In this document: positions 19,932 to 30,583 of the stretch, in pieces
Position numbering within the stretch: the first letter of the stretch is position 1
Layout: every line of letters begins with the position of its first letter
DNA from: an uncultured Lactobacillus sp.
GTDB lineage: Bacteria; Bacillota; Bacilli; Lactobacillales; Lactobacillaceae
Assembly: GCA_947565635.1 (NCBI GenBank)
Contig: CANOGU010000006.1
Location: 3,817 to 67,816 of the forward strand
Direction of reading: 5' to 3'
DNA: 64,000 bases
Notes under the pieces: generated by a model
Database searches by the model: none
What the model was told of the DNA's origin: nothing
What the model saw: only the letters and a program-made list of their open reading frames with translations
Position numbers and translations under genes: made by a program

Positions 19932-20659
19932 TGACTGATTTAGTCTATCGCTCAGTAATGCGCGATATTAAACAAAAAATACTTAATAATGAATATGAAG
20001 ATATGCGTTTGCCTGATGAGCGAAGCCTAAGCGACTATTATCATGTAAGTCGTTCATCGATGAAACGCGCTTTAGGTTTGCTTGCTCAGCAGGGGATAGT
20101 TTTTAAAAAAAGAGGTAGCGGAACATTTATTAATCCGCTCTATTTGAAGAATCAAGCGCTTTTTAAGTATGAGGGATCAAATTTAGGTATTACCGATTCC
20201 TTTAGTGTTCCCGGTAAGAAGCAAAGTATTGAGCTGTTAGACTATCAGGTAATCAAGGCCGACGAAGATTTGAGACAGGATTTGTTTTTAAAAGATTCAG
20301 ATTTTGTTTATCAAATAAAACGACTTCGTTTACTAGATGATCAGCCATTTTTAATTGAAACAGGATTTATTCCTATTAAGATTACTCCAGAATTAAATCC
20401 GGATATTCTTAAAGGATCCCTCTTTAACTACTTAGAAGATACACAAAATAAAACTGTAACACGTTCATTCTTAACAATTACAGTTGAGCCATCAACTTTA
20501 GAAGATCAATCTAAACTGATGCTGGCACCTAATGAACCTGTAGGTGTAATGGAAGGTATTTTCTTTTTAGATGATGGAACTCCATTTGAAGTTTCAAATA
20601 TGAGAATTCATTATAAATACATGAAGTACAATACTTTTGTTAACTTAAGTCAAGAATAA
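19931..20659 (+). CDS. GntR family regulator (UTRA domain)
   Basis: LPDERSL..YHVSR, RGSGTF. Confidence 0.85.
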   Translation: MTDLVYRSVMRDIKQKILNNEYEDMRLPDERSLSDYYHVSRSSMKRALGLLAQQGIVFKKRGSGTFINPLYLKNQALFKYEGSNLGITDSFSVPGKKQSIELLDYQVIKADEDLRQDLFLKDSDFVYQIKRLRLLDDQPFLIETGFIPIKITPELNPDILKGSLFNYLEDTQNKTVTRSFLTITVEPSTLEDQSKLMLAPNEPVGVMEGIFFLDDGTPFEVSNMRIHYKYMKYNTFVNLSQE

Positions 20660-20724
20660 AAATAAGCCATTGTTTTTCTCGGGGGGATGAGAGAAACAAT
20701 GGGTTTTTGTATGGGACGAGTAGC

Positions 20725-21051
20725 TTAATCAAATTGCAAACTATCGTCAACCGGGGACAGATATACATAGTTTAAGTTAGTATTTTTACATTGCTCACTG
20801 AGGGAATTAATTAAAGTATCTTGTTCCTTAGTAATCGGAATTTGCTTAAGTACTATTTGAGATTGCAAATACATAACTAACTTATTGCTCCAAGCAGCTG
20901 CGTCATCGTGGTTTTCAGCTTTGGCTATGACTTTTAAAATTGTCTGCTCAAGCGGAAGATATGCTTTAATTTGAACTTTATTGAAACTAGTATATAAATC
21001 TTTTAATACTGTGATAATTTCATCGTGCTTTGTAATAGATTTTTCTAACAT
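20725..21051 (-). CDS. Putative bacteriocin immunity protein (EntA/PedB-like helical bundle)
   Basis: 108 aa, all-helical, LY near N-terminus, NKLV.YL, C-terminal D.S.QF typical of lactobacillus immunity proteins; GAGG RBS. Confidence 0.6.
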   Translation of the reverse strand: MLEKSITKHDEIITVLKDLYTSFNKVQIKAYLPLEQTILKVIAKAENHDDAAAWSNKLVMYLQSQIVLKQIPITKEQDTLINSLSEQCKNTNLNYVYLSPVDDSLQFD

Positions 21052-21315
21052 GATAAAGACCTCACTATCTTAAATAATTTAACTGATTTCTGGGCCCACT
21101 AAAATACTAGCATCTTTCATGCTTGAAAAGCCTATTTTGTATGAAAGTAGCGGTTTTTGCTAAGTGTTTATCTTGATTTAAATAACATTATACTGATTTA
21201 AATCAGTGAATCATTTCTTAAATACTGATTAATCCTTAAAATAAAGCCTTAAATACAGATAAATACGTAAAATGAAAGAGCTTTCTGATAAGATTAGACA
21301 TATGAGGTGAGATAA

Positions 21316-22101
21316 ATGCAATCACAAGTTGAAAGATTAGATTTAATTAGACAAAAATTAGATGAGAAAAAAGCAATTAGTACACGTGAAATTATGAAAT
21401 TGTGTCATGTCTCTTTTGATACGGCTAGGAGGGATGTAATTAAATTAACCAGCACCGGTCAAGCGATTCGAATTCATGGCGGATTGATGAAAATTAAACA
21501 GGGGACAGTGCCAGATTATAATTCTCGCGTCCATGTTTTGTCGCCTATAAAGAACAAAATAGCTAAGATGACGGCAAAATATTTAACAGCTGATAAGCTA
21601 ATATATTTGAATGCTTCAACGACTATTTCGCAGTTATGTCGCTATCTTAACGGATTAAATGCAACAGTGATGACAAATTCGATTGATAATGCGGATGCCT
21701 TAATGATGGATAACTTGCCTAATGTCATCTTATTAGGCGGTTATCTAAACAAAGAGAATCACTATACATCTTCTTTAAATAGTTTAAAAGAAATAGATCA
21801 ATATGAATTTGATATTGCCGTAATCGGGACATCATCGGTTAATAAAAATGGAGTTTTTGTAGTTAATCACTCTGATGCACAAATTGAAAGAGAAGTAGTT
21901 AATCGAACCAAAACAGTTATTTTACTGGCAGAAGAATATAAATTTAAAGAAGATAGATCTTCGCCGTATAAGGTCATGGATTGCAAGCAAGCTGATATTT
22001 TGATTACAGATAATAAGCTTGATCCACAGTATCGAAAATATTTTAAAAAGAATATTAAGATTCGTGAAGTACTCGAAGAGGAAAAGGAAAAAAGTAAGTA
22101 A
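21316..22101 (+). CDS. DeoR/GlpR family transcriptional regulator
   Basis: VSFDTARRD HTH, RIHGG, MTNS, LLGG. Confidence 0.88.
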   Translation: MQSQVERLDLIRQKLDEKKAISTREIMKLCHVSFDTARRDVIKLTSTGQAIRIHGGLMKIKQGTVPDYNSRVHVLSPIKNKIAKMTAKYLTADKLIYLNASTTISQLCRYLNGLNATVMTNSIDNADALMMDNLPNVILLGGYLNKENHYTSSLNSLKEIDQYEFDIAVIGTSSVNKNGVFVVNHSDAQIEREVVNRTKTVILLAEEYKFKEDRSSPYKVMDCKQADILITDNKLDPQYRKYFKKNIKIREVLEEEKEKSK

Positions 22102-22208
22102 TTATAATTGGACCGTCCCAATAATTTTAAAAGTTGAATTTTTGCACTTGATGCTATATGATAAGTACTGTAATAAGCAAATGAAAACTATTTCAAGGAG
22201 ATATAGCT

Positions 22209-24614
22209 ATGGCAGTAAATTACGATTCTCAAGAATACTTAAAGAGTGTTGACGCATACTGGCGTGCAGCTAACTACTTATCAGTGGGACAATTATTTTT
22301 AATGAGTAATCCTTTACTTAAAAGAGAATTAAAGGCAGAAGATGTAAAACCGAAGCCAATTGGTCACTGGGGTACAATTGTGCCGCAAAACTTTATCTAT
22401 GCACATTTAAATCGTGCAATTAAGAAATATGATTTAAATATGTTCTATATCGAAGGTTCTGGTCACGGTGGTCAAGTAATGGTATCTAATTCATACTTAG
22501 ATGGTTCTTATACTGAACGCTACCCAGAAATTACTCAAGATGAAAAGGGAATGGCTAAGTTATTTAAGCAATTTAGTTTTCCAGGTGGAGTTGCTTCTCA
22601 TGCTGCTCCAGAAACCCCTGGATCAATCCATGAAGGTGGAGAATTAGGATATTCACTGTCCCACGGTGTTGGTGCAATTTTAGATAATCCAGACGTAATT
22701 GCTGCAGTTGAAATTGGTGACGGTGAATCAGAGACTGGTCCACTTGCTACTTCTTGGTTTTCAAGTAAGTTCATTAATCCAATTAAAGATGGTGCAGTTA
22801 TTCCTATCTTACAAATTAATGGCTTTAAGATTTCTAATCCAACTATCGTTTCTAGAATGAGTGATGAAGACTTAACTAAGTACTTTGAAGGAATGGGTTG
22901 GAAGCCATATTTTGTTTCTGCATATAAAGACGGTGAATTTAATGGTTATAAAGACCACATGGAAGTTCACCAAGAAATGGCTAAGACAATGGATGAAGTT
23001 GTTGAAGAGATTAAGGCTATTCAAAAGCATGCGCGTGAAAACAAGGATGATTCCTTAGTGAAGTGGCCAATGATTGTCTTTAGAGTACCGAAGGGGTGGA
23101 CTGGGCCAAAATTTGATCTAGATGGCAATCCAATTGAAAATAGTTTCCGTGCTCACCAAATTCCAATTCCCGTTGCTCAAGATGACATGACTCATAAAGA
23201 AATGCTTACTGATTGGATGGAAAGCTATAAGCCAGAAGAATTATTCAATGAAGACGGCTCACCAAAAGATATTGTTAAGGAAAATACCTTATCAGGCGAC
23301 CAAAGAATGGCTATGAATCCAGTAACCAATGGTGGTATTGATCCAAAAGTCTTAAATATGCCTGATTACCGCGACTTTGCAATTAAATTTGATAAACCTG
23401 GCTCTGTTGAAAAACAAGATATGGCTGAATGGGCAAAATATTTAGATAAGATGTCTGAATTGAACCCAACTAATTTCCGTGGTTTTGGCCCTGATGAAAC
23501 TAAATCTAATCGTTTATTCCAACTTTTAGATAATCAAAAACGTCAATGGATGGAAAATATTCATACTCCAAACGATGAGAACTTGGCTCACGAAGGTCGT
23601 GTGATTGACTCACAATTGTCAGAACACCAAGATGAAGGTTGGCTTGAAGGATATGTATTAACCGGTCGTCACGGATTCTTTGCTACTTATGAAGCATTTG
23701 GCCGTGTAGTTGATTCAATGCTTACTCAACATATGAAATGGTTGAGAAAAGCTAAAGAGCAAACTTGGAGACATGATTATCCAGCTTTAAACTTAGTTGA
23801 TACTTCAACTGTTTTCCAGCAAGATCACAATGGTTATACTCACCAAGATCCAGGTATGTTAACTCATTTGTATGAAAAGAATCGTCCTGATTTAATTCAC
23901 GAATACTTGCCAGCAGATACTAACTCCCTTCTTGCTGTATCTGATAAGGCATTTAGAGATCGCGAATGTATCAATGTTTTAGTAACTTCTAAACAACCTC
24001 GTCCTCAGTGGTTCTCAATTGAAGAAGTTAAGAAATTAGTTGATAAAGGTCTTGGCTATGTTGACTGGGCATCAACTGATAAGGGCGCTAAGCCAGATGT
24101 TGTTTTTGCTTCAACTGGTACTGAACCAACAATTGAATCTTTAGCTGCCATTGACTTACTTCATAAGAAATTTCCAGACTTAAAGATTCGCTATATTAAT
24201 GTGATTGATGTCATGAAGTTAATGTCACCAGAAAAGAATCCAAATGCAATTAGTAATGAAGAATTCAACCGTCTTTTCCCTAAAGGTACACCAGTTATCT
24301 TTGCATGGCATGGATTTAAGCCAATGATGGAATCAATTTGGTTTGATCGCGGCCGTGGTAAAGATGATGTGCATATTCATGGCTATGAAGAAAATGGTGA
24401 CATTACCACTCCTTTTGATATGCGTGTCTTAAACCACATGGATCGCTATGACTTAGCAAAAGATGTAGTAGAAAGTATTCCTGAGCTAAATGAAAAGAAT
24501 GCGGATTTCATTGATGAGATGGATAGCTTGCTTGCTAAACACCATCAATATATCCGTGATAACGGTAAAGATATGCCTGAAGTTACTGAATGGCAATGGA
24601 ATGGCTTAAAATAA
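22209..24614 (+). CDS. xfp: Xylulose-5-phosphate/fructose-6-phosphate phosphoketolase
   Basis: [34 protein letters not shown]. Confidence 0.95.
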   Translation: MAVNYDSQEYLKSVDAYWRAANYLSVGQLFLMSNPLLKRELKAEDVKPKPIGHWGTIVPQNFIYAHLNRAIKKYDLNMFYIEGSGHGGQVMVSNSYLDGSYTERYPEITQDEKGMAKLFKQFSFPGGVASHAAPETPGSIHEGGELGYSLSHGVGAILDNPDVIAAVEIGDGESETGPLATSWFSSKFINPIKDGAVIPILQINGFKISNPTIVSRMSDEDLTKYFEGMGWKPYFVSAYKDGEFNGYKDHMEVHQEMAKTMDEVVEEIKAIQKHARENKDDSLVKWPMIVFRVPKGWTGPKFDLDGNPIENSFRAHQIPIPVAQDDMTHKEMLTDWMESYKPEELFNEDGSPKDIVKENTLSGDQRMAMNPVTNGGIDPKVLNMPDYRDFAIKFDKPGSVEKQDMAEWAKYLDKMSELNPTNFRGFGPDETKSNRLFQLLDNQKRQWMENIHTPNDENLAHEGRVIDSQLSEHQDEGWLEGYVLTGRHGFFATYEAFGRVVDSMLTQHMKWLRKAKEQTWRHDYPALNLVDTSTVFQQDHNGYTHQDPGMLTHLYEKNRPDLIHEYLPADTNSLLAVSDKAFRDRECINVLVTSKQPRPQWFSIEEVKKLVDKGLGYVDWASTDKGAKPDVVFASTGTEPTIESLAAIDLLHKKFPDLKIRYINVIDVMKLMSPEKNPNAISNEEFNRLFPKGTPVIFAWHGFKPMMESIWFDRGRGKDDVHIHGYEENGDITTPFDMRVLNHMDRYDLAKDVVESIPELNEKNADFIDEMDSLLAKHHQYIRDNGKDMPEVTEWQWNGLK

Positions 24615-24774
24615 ATATATTATTTTTTAAAGATCGGATTAATTTCCGGTCTTTTTTAATTGTAGTTATTAAAAAATCAGTGTATTGTTAGTGTGATATT
24701 TATTGTTATAATATATTGAGGAAAGTAAGTGTAATTATTAATAAATAAAAGATATTGTAGGAAGGGATGATGAG

Positions 24775-25421
24775 ATGGATTTTAAAGATGTTTTAGCAAG
24801 TGAACATGCAACAAGAAAGTTTACTGATCAAAGAGTAAGCGAAAAAACTGTGATTAAGGTAATCGAAGAGGCTCAAAGAACACCATCATTACTAAATTCA
24901 CAACCATGGCGAATTTATGTGGCTGAAGGTGAGGTTGCAAAAGCAATAAGAAAAGATCATGAGGAGAAGGTATAGAACCACATGAAGATTTTGCTTCATT
25001 GCTAAAAGTTGAGTGGGATACGTTTCCAAGTAAGAATATGGCAACGATGAGTGAAACTTTAGATTACTTTTTACGTGGTGAATCTGATGCTTTCGATCAA
25101 GCTCAAATAAAATTGTTTAACGCTCCTGTGATAGTATTTTTGACTATTCCTAAAAAATCTCCAGCTTGGTCAATTTTTGACTTAGGTGCGTTTTCACAGA
25201 CATTGATGTTAGCTGCTAATAATCGTGGTTTAAGTACAATGCCAGCTCATGCTTTCGTTAAGTACCCAGATGTAATAAGAAAATATTTGGATATTCCAAA
25301 AGATGAATCAATTGGAATTGGTATTGGTTTAGGATATCCGAATAAGAAGGCAACAATCAATAATTATAAGTCTAAACGTGTACCGTTAGATGAAGTTTTA
25401 AAGATTAAAAAAGATATCTAG
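24775..25421 (+). pseudogene. Nitroreductase family gene, frameshifted
   Basis: N-half (ATRKF, TPSLLNSQPW) stops at 24975; C-half (FNAP, FDLG, LMLAA, LGYP) continues in a different frame. Confidence 0.75.
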
Positions 25422-25547
25422 TTAAGAAACTCTTGAAGAAGTTAAAGTCTAGCTAATTTGTTAGATGAATTCTTTAAGAGTTTTTATTTGCTTATTTAAA
25501 ATAAAATTAAAATATGGCATAATTATAAAAAATAAAGGAGAAGAAGA

Positions 25548-26243
25548 ATGATGTTATTAGTTTCTCCTGAGCAATGGGCTAATTGGGATAAATGGTTTAA
25601 TTACACATTGCCAGGCTATATTTTAATTTTAGGGATAATTTTTTTATTTGTTGGATTGATTCCATTTTTATGCGTACATAATAAAATTACTTATACTTTA
25701 TTTGGGGTGACAACCGTATTTTTAGTAACTTTTCTGGGGATAGCTTATTTTAAAAATAAGGAATCAAAAGAATATGTCAAAGAAAATCACTATTTAACGG
25801 CAATGGTTAGAGAGTATGATGCTCAGATTTTTTCTAATAAATATTATGATCCAGAGGAAATCGAGATGTTTAAATATGTAGCTGATATTCAGACCCCGTC
25901 TCATTTGCCTTCCGTTTACAAAAAGATACCAGTGAAGCAAGAAGTTACCTATCTTGGTAAAAATGATTATTATGCCTTTATTAAATTAAATGATGTAGTA
26001 ATGAAGTTCAGTCTGGCAGATTGTAAAAAAATTCCAGGAAGTAAAGCTTACTTTACAGGCTATCATTTTAAGATTAGAAATAAAAAGTTTTTGAAGTTAG
26101 GATTTATTGATTTAAAATATAATTTACGCGATAAAGTAGAACTACCAGCCGATTCCTATAACAAGCAAGTTTCAAGTAATATTGAAGAAAATTATAATCA
26201 TCCCGGATTAGTTGCAAACTGGATCCCTGATTCAGCAAAATAA
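25548..26243 (+). CDS. Hypothetical membrane protein (two N-terminal TM helices)
   Basis: 231-aa ORF, AAGGAG RBS. Confidence 0.7.
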   Translation: MMLLVSPEQWANWDKWFNYTLPGYILILGIIFLFVGLIPFLCVHNKITYTLFGVTTVFLVTFLGIAYFKNKESKEYVKENHYLTAMVREYDAQIFSNKYYDPEEIEMFKYVADIQTPSHLPSVYKKIPVKQEVTYLGKNDYYAFIKLNDVVMKFSLADCKKIPGSKAYFTGYHFKIRNKKFLKLGFIDLKYNLRDKVELPADSYNKQVSSNIEENYNHPGLVANWIPDSAK

Positions 26244-26293
26244 TGCTAAAATAGAGATGTAATTATTTAATATATAAAAAAGGTGAAGATCAC

Positions 26294-27676
26294 TTGTCTA
26301 CAAGTACTATAACTACTAATTTAATTGTTATTTTCATAACGTTTTTAATTGCAATTTTCTTTGTTGTTGCTGAATTTGCTTTAGTGCAGACTAGATCGAG
26401 TCAGCTAGAAGATATGCTGGCAAACGGGCAAGGCAACCCTAAGAAACTAAAGCGTGCTCTACATATGGTTCATAATTTGAATGAGTCATTGTCTACCACT
26501 CAAGTAGGTACTACTTTAGTTGGTGTTATTTTAGGTTGGATTGGTCAAGGAACTATTGAAGAACTATTGACTGATGTGTTTAAAATGACACCTTGGTTTG
26601 GAGCAAAGACTAGCGGAGTATTAGGAGCAACTTTAGGTGTTGTATTGCTAACTTATTTAGAGGTTGTTGTAACTGAAATTGTTCCTAAGAATATTGCTAT
26701 TGACATGCCCGTTAAGTGTTTAATGGCAGTTGTTACTCCTTTAGCTGCTTTCCATACGATTGTATATCCATTTGTATGGTTACTTAACCATAGTGCTAAT
26801 GGATTGCTTCATTTATTAGGGATGCAGTCCGCTGATGAAGAAAGTGAAGTTTATTCACAATCTGAAATCTTACGTTTATCTCGTAACGCTGTAACTGGCG
26901 GCTCACTTGATAAAGACGATCTTTTGTACATGGAACGTGCTTTTGAATTAAATGATAAAGTTGCTAAAGATATCATGACAGACCGTACTCAACTTCAAGT
27001 TTTAAATGCGACTGATGATGTAAAAACAGCTTTAGAAAAATATATTAAAGATGGCTTTAGTCGTTTCCCAGTTGTGCGTGATAATGATAAAGATGATGTT
27101 GTAGGATACGTTTATGCTTATGATATCGTAAGTCAAGATCAGGAAAATCCTAATGTTCCGATTACTAGAATTATTAGAGCGATTATTACTGTGCCTGAAT
27201 CAATGTTAATTCAAGATATTTTGAAATTAATGATTAAAAAGCACACACCAATTGTTTTAGTAGTTGATGAGTATGGTGGAACAAGTGGAATTGTAACTGA
27301 TAAAGATATTTATGAAGAACTCTTCGGATCAATTAAGGATGAAATCGATGATGTTTCAGACGAATATATTGTCCGCGATGATCATGGAAATATCCATGTT
27401 TCAGGAAAGACTACTTTATATGATTTTGAACGCTACTTCCATACTAAGCTTAAGGCATTCGAAGATAGTGATATTATTACCATCGGTGGTTATATGATGG
27501 AACACTATCCTAATTTAAAACGTGGTGAGTCTGTTGATTTAGAAGGCTTTAAGTTTAAGCTAGTAAACATTGAACAAGGATTCATGCGTTGGTTCATCGT
27601 TTCTAAGATCGATCAAGCCAGTGAAAATGATGATTCAGAAAATAGCGATCAAAATGATAAAGAAAAAGATAAATAA
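26294..27676 (+). CDS. HlyC/CorC (CNNM/CBS) family transporter
   Basis: FFVVAEFAL, TQVGTT, EIVPK, SRFPV, VDEYGGTSG. Confidence 0.88.
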   Translation: MSTSTITTNLIVIFITFLIAIFFVVAEFALVQTRSSQLEDMLANGQGNPKKLKRALHMVHNLNESLSTTQVGTTLVGVILGWIGQGTIEELLTDVFKMTPWFGAKTSGVLGATLGVVLLTYLEVVVTEIVPKNIAIDMPVKCLMAVVTPLAAFHTIVYPFVWLLNHSANGLLHLLGMQSADEESEVYSQSEILRLSRNAVTGGSLDKDDLLYMERAFELNDKVAKDIMTDRTQLQVLNATDDVKTALEKYIKDGFSRFPVVRDNDKDDVVGYVYAYDIVSQDQENPNVPITRIIRAIITVPESMLIQDILKLMIKKHTPIVLVVDEYGGTSGIVTDKDIYEELFGSIKDEIDDVSDEYIVRDDHGNIHVSGKTTLYDFERYFHTKLKAFEDSDIITIGGYMMEHYPNLKRGESVDLEGFKFKLVNIEQGFMRWFIVSKIDQASENDDSENSDQNDKEKDK

Positions 27677-27772
27677 TCGGAAAAAGCACCTCAAGATAGG
27701 TGTTTTTTGTCTAATTAAATGTTATAATTCTACTATTAACAACGCATTTATAAAAGGATATAGAGGGTTAAA

Positions 27773-28342
27773 ATGCAAAATAGTGATAATATTGACAACA
27801 TTATTGATCGTGTTTTATTTAGTCAAGATGACATCGAAGAGATTTGTCAAAGACTAGGTAAGCAATTAACTGAGGATTATGCTGGTAAGTTTCCATTAGT
27901 CATTGGGGTACTAAAGGGTGCTGTATACTTTATGACTGATTTAACACGCCATATGAATGTAAAAATGCAAAATGACTTTATGGATGTTTCAAGCTACGGT
28001 GATGGCTTTGAATCAACTGGTAAAGTTAGATTAGATATTGACGTTCAAGCAGATGTTAAGGGTAGAGATGTATTACTGGTTGAAGATATTGTTGATACTG
28101 GTCATACTCTAAAATTTATGAAGGATCTATTAATTGAACGTGGCGCAAAGAGTGTAAAGTGTTGCGCACTTCTTAATAAGACAGAACGCCGTGAAGATGA
28201 TGTAGTTGTAGATTACTATGGCTCAAAAGTTGAAAATGAATTTGTAGTTGGCTATGGATTAGACTACTTAAATGCATATCGTAATCTACCTTATGTTGGT
28301 GTTTTAAAACCAGAAGTTATTCAAGCAAACTTAAACCGTTAA
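27773..28342 (+). CDS. hpt: Hypoxanthine phosphoribosyltransferase
   Basis: VLKGA, VSSY, VEDIVDTG, FVVGYGLDY, YRNLP. Confidence 0.93.
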   Translation: MQNSDNIDNIIDRVLFSQDDIEEICQRLGKQLTEDYAGKFPLVIGVLKGAVYFMTDLTRHMNVKMQNDFMDVSSYGDGFESTGKVRLDIDVQADVKGRDVLLVEDIVDTGHTLKFMKDLLIERGAKSVKCCALLNKTERREDDVVVDYYGSKVENEFVVGYGLDYLNAYRNLPYVGVLKPEVIQANLNR

Positions 28343-28432
28343 TCATTCAAAATATCTTTATCATAAAATTAAAAAGGGTTGAGACTTTCTCCTTAGCTAG
28401 TGGAAGTTTCAACCCTTTATCTATGAGCTTTA

Positions 28433-29743
28433 TTATTGGCGATTATTCTGTTTTTTCATATAGTAATAAATAGGAAGGCCCAATAGCGTTAGACTGATAC
28501 CGGTTATTGAGAGCCAAAATTCATTAATTACAGTACTGATCACAATGAATAAACCACCACCAATTGAGATGATCGGGACAATCGGATACCAAGGAACAAC
28601 ATAAGGACGTTCTAGTTTAGGTTCGCGGTAGCGCAAAATTACCACTGCAATTGAAATTAAGGTGGTAAAGGTCCACATGACGAAGACGAGCATGTTGGTT
28701 AAGAGATCAAAAGTCCCTAGTAGAATCATTATTAAAGATACCACGAGAATAATTAGGGCACTAAGAGTAGGTACACCTGTATTAACATTAGTGCGACTAA
28801 TTTTATCAGAAAATGGTAACATCTTATTTTTGGCTAAAGTATAAGGTATTCTCATTCCCGTAAGCATAAAACCATTAATTGCGCCATAAACTGAAATTAA
28901 AATTCCAATCGTAACTAATTTACCGCCTAAACTGCCAAATAGTTTTAACGAAGCTAAATAAGCAGTATTTTGATTGCCGATAATTTCTTTAAAAGGAAGA
29001 GCAGTCAGAAAAGCGTAGTTGACCAATACATAAATTAAAGTAATAGCAGATAGACCGATGATAATAGCTCTTGATAGATTCTTCTCAGGCTTTTCAATTT
29101 CACCAGCTAAATTAGTTACGTTAATCCAGCCATCATAAGCAAATAAAGCTGCAAGTAAACCACCGCTTAAGCCTGTCCAAAAAGATGTATTATGCCCAGC
29201 GCTTAAAGGGAATAAGTTAATATCGACTTTGCTTGAATTAAAAAGACCGAAAATCACAATTAAAGCAATTGGGATGGCCTTAAGAATAGTCATGACTGAT
29301 TGCATTCGGGTTGAAAATTTTGTAGAAATAAAGTTTAAGCCCATTAAAAAGATGGCGAGCAGTAGACCAATTAAAGTTGCGTATTTAGCAGGTAAGTTAA
29401 ATAAAACAACAAATTGTTGCCCGAATATTACACTTAAAGCTGCAATATTGGCAGGGAAATAGACTAGCATTTGAGCCCAGCCAAATAAAAAGCCCCAAAC
29501 TTTTCCATAAGTATACTCGATGTACTTGATAGAGCCGCCAGTAACTGGAAGAGCAGCTGCAATTTCAGATACGGTAAGGCCAGAAGCGATGGAAACAATA
29601 CCGGCTAAAATCCAGACGAAAAGAGTTAATGAGGAAGTGCCGGTTTCATGACTAATGCTTCCTATTTTGAAAAAAACGCCCCCACCGATTACAGTTCCAA
29701 CGACTGTAGCTAGGGCTTGACCAAAGCTAATTTGTCTTTTCAA
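28433..29743 (-). CDS. APC family amino acid permease
   Basis: VGTVIGGGVF, FAYDGW, GEIEKPEKNL, RPY. Confidence 0.88.
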   Translation of the reverse strand: MKRQISFGQALATVVGTVIGGGVFFKIGSISHETGTSSLTLFVWILAGIVSIASGLTVSEIAAALPVTGGSIKYIEYTYGKVWGFLFGWAQMLVYFPANIAALSVIFGQQFVVLFNLPAKYATLIGLLLAIFLMGLNFISTKFSTRMQSVMTILKAIPIALIVIFGLFNSSKVDINLFPLSAGHNTSFWTGLSGGLLAALFAYDGWINVTNLAGEIEKPEKNLSRAIIIGLSAITLIYVLVNYAFLTALPFKEIIGNQNTAYLASLKLFGSLGGKLVTIGILISVYGAINGFMLTGMRIPYTLAKNKMLPFSDKISRTNVNTGVPTLSALIILVVSLIMILLGTFDLLTNMLVFVMWTFTTLISIAVVILRYREPKLERPYVVPWYPIVPIISIGGGLFIVISTVINEFWLSITGISLTLLGLPIYYYMKKQNNRQ

Positions 29744-29863
29744 GATTGTGCTTTCCTTTCGATATATCTATAACTTTTAGTAATGATATCATTTTATACT
29801 AAATCTTAATGAAAGTGGTGTAGAAAGAAGAAGTTCGTTAAAATAGCTAATGGAGGGACTGAA

Positions 29864-30573
29864 ATGCATCGTTATCGACATAAATATACTTTCCCAAGTA
29901 TTATTATTTTACTCATTTTAGCTTTTTCAGGACTAGTATGGGGATACTTTAATATGAGGCAAAATACAACTGTTCCTCGTGGCTCAAATATGAGTGTATT
30001 AGGCATTGAACTAGACCAAACAAAAGATTACATTGATTTACATAAGCTAGAAAAAAATGGTATTTCTTTTGTATATTTGAGGTCAACACAAGGAAAATCT
30101 TATTTTGACGATAATTACTTACTTATCGCGATCAAATTCAAGGAACTAACTTAAACTTTGGTACAATTATTGCTTATAGTGATGAAACGAGTAATCAAGA
30201 ACAATACCAATACTTTTTGAATAAAGTTGGAACTAACACCGGAAGTTTGCCTGTTATGATTGTGCCAGCTGCTAGTCACTTGACTAAATCATATTGGAAG
30301 CGAATGGGAATTTTTGCTCAAATGATAAATAATCTTGGAAAAAGAGTAATGATAGCTGGTGACTACCGTTATCATAATTATTTTCCAGAGGGAACACGGT
30401 TCTTATATACGGGAGCAAGTTTAAAAGATAGACGACACTATGCTTTTTGGTGTTACACTCAAAATGGAAGAGTTAAAAATATAGATAATCTCGAACGGAA
30501 TGTAACTATGTTTGCTTATATTGGTACTAATACGCAGTACGAGCAATTATATGGTCAGCAAGGAACACAATAG
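29864..30573 (+). pseudogene. GH25 lysozyme-like membrane-anchored protein, frameshifted
   Basis: ISFVYLRSTQGKSYFDD; after ~30121 the reading continues in another frame (TYRDQIQGTNLNFG...FLNKVG) into ORF 30217-30573. Confidence 0.7.
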
Positions 30574-30583
30574 AGGAAATAAA

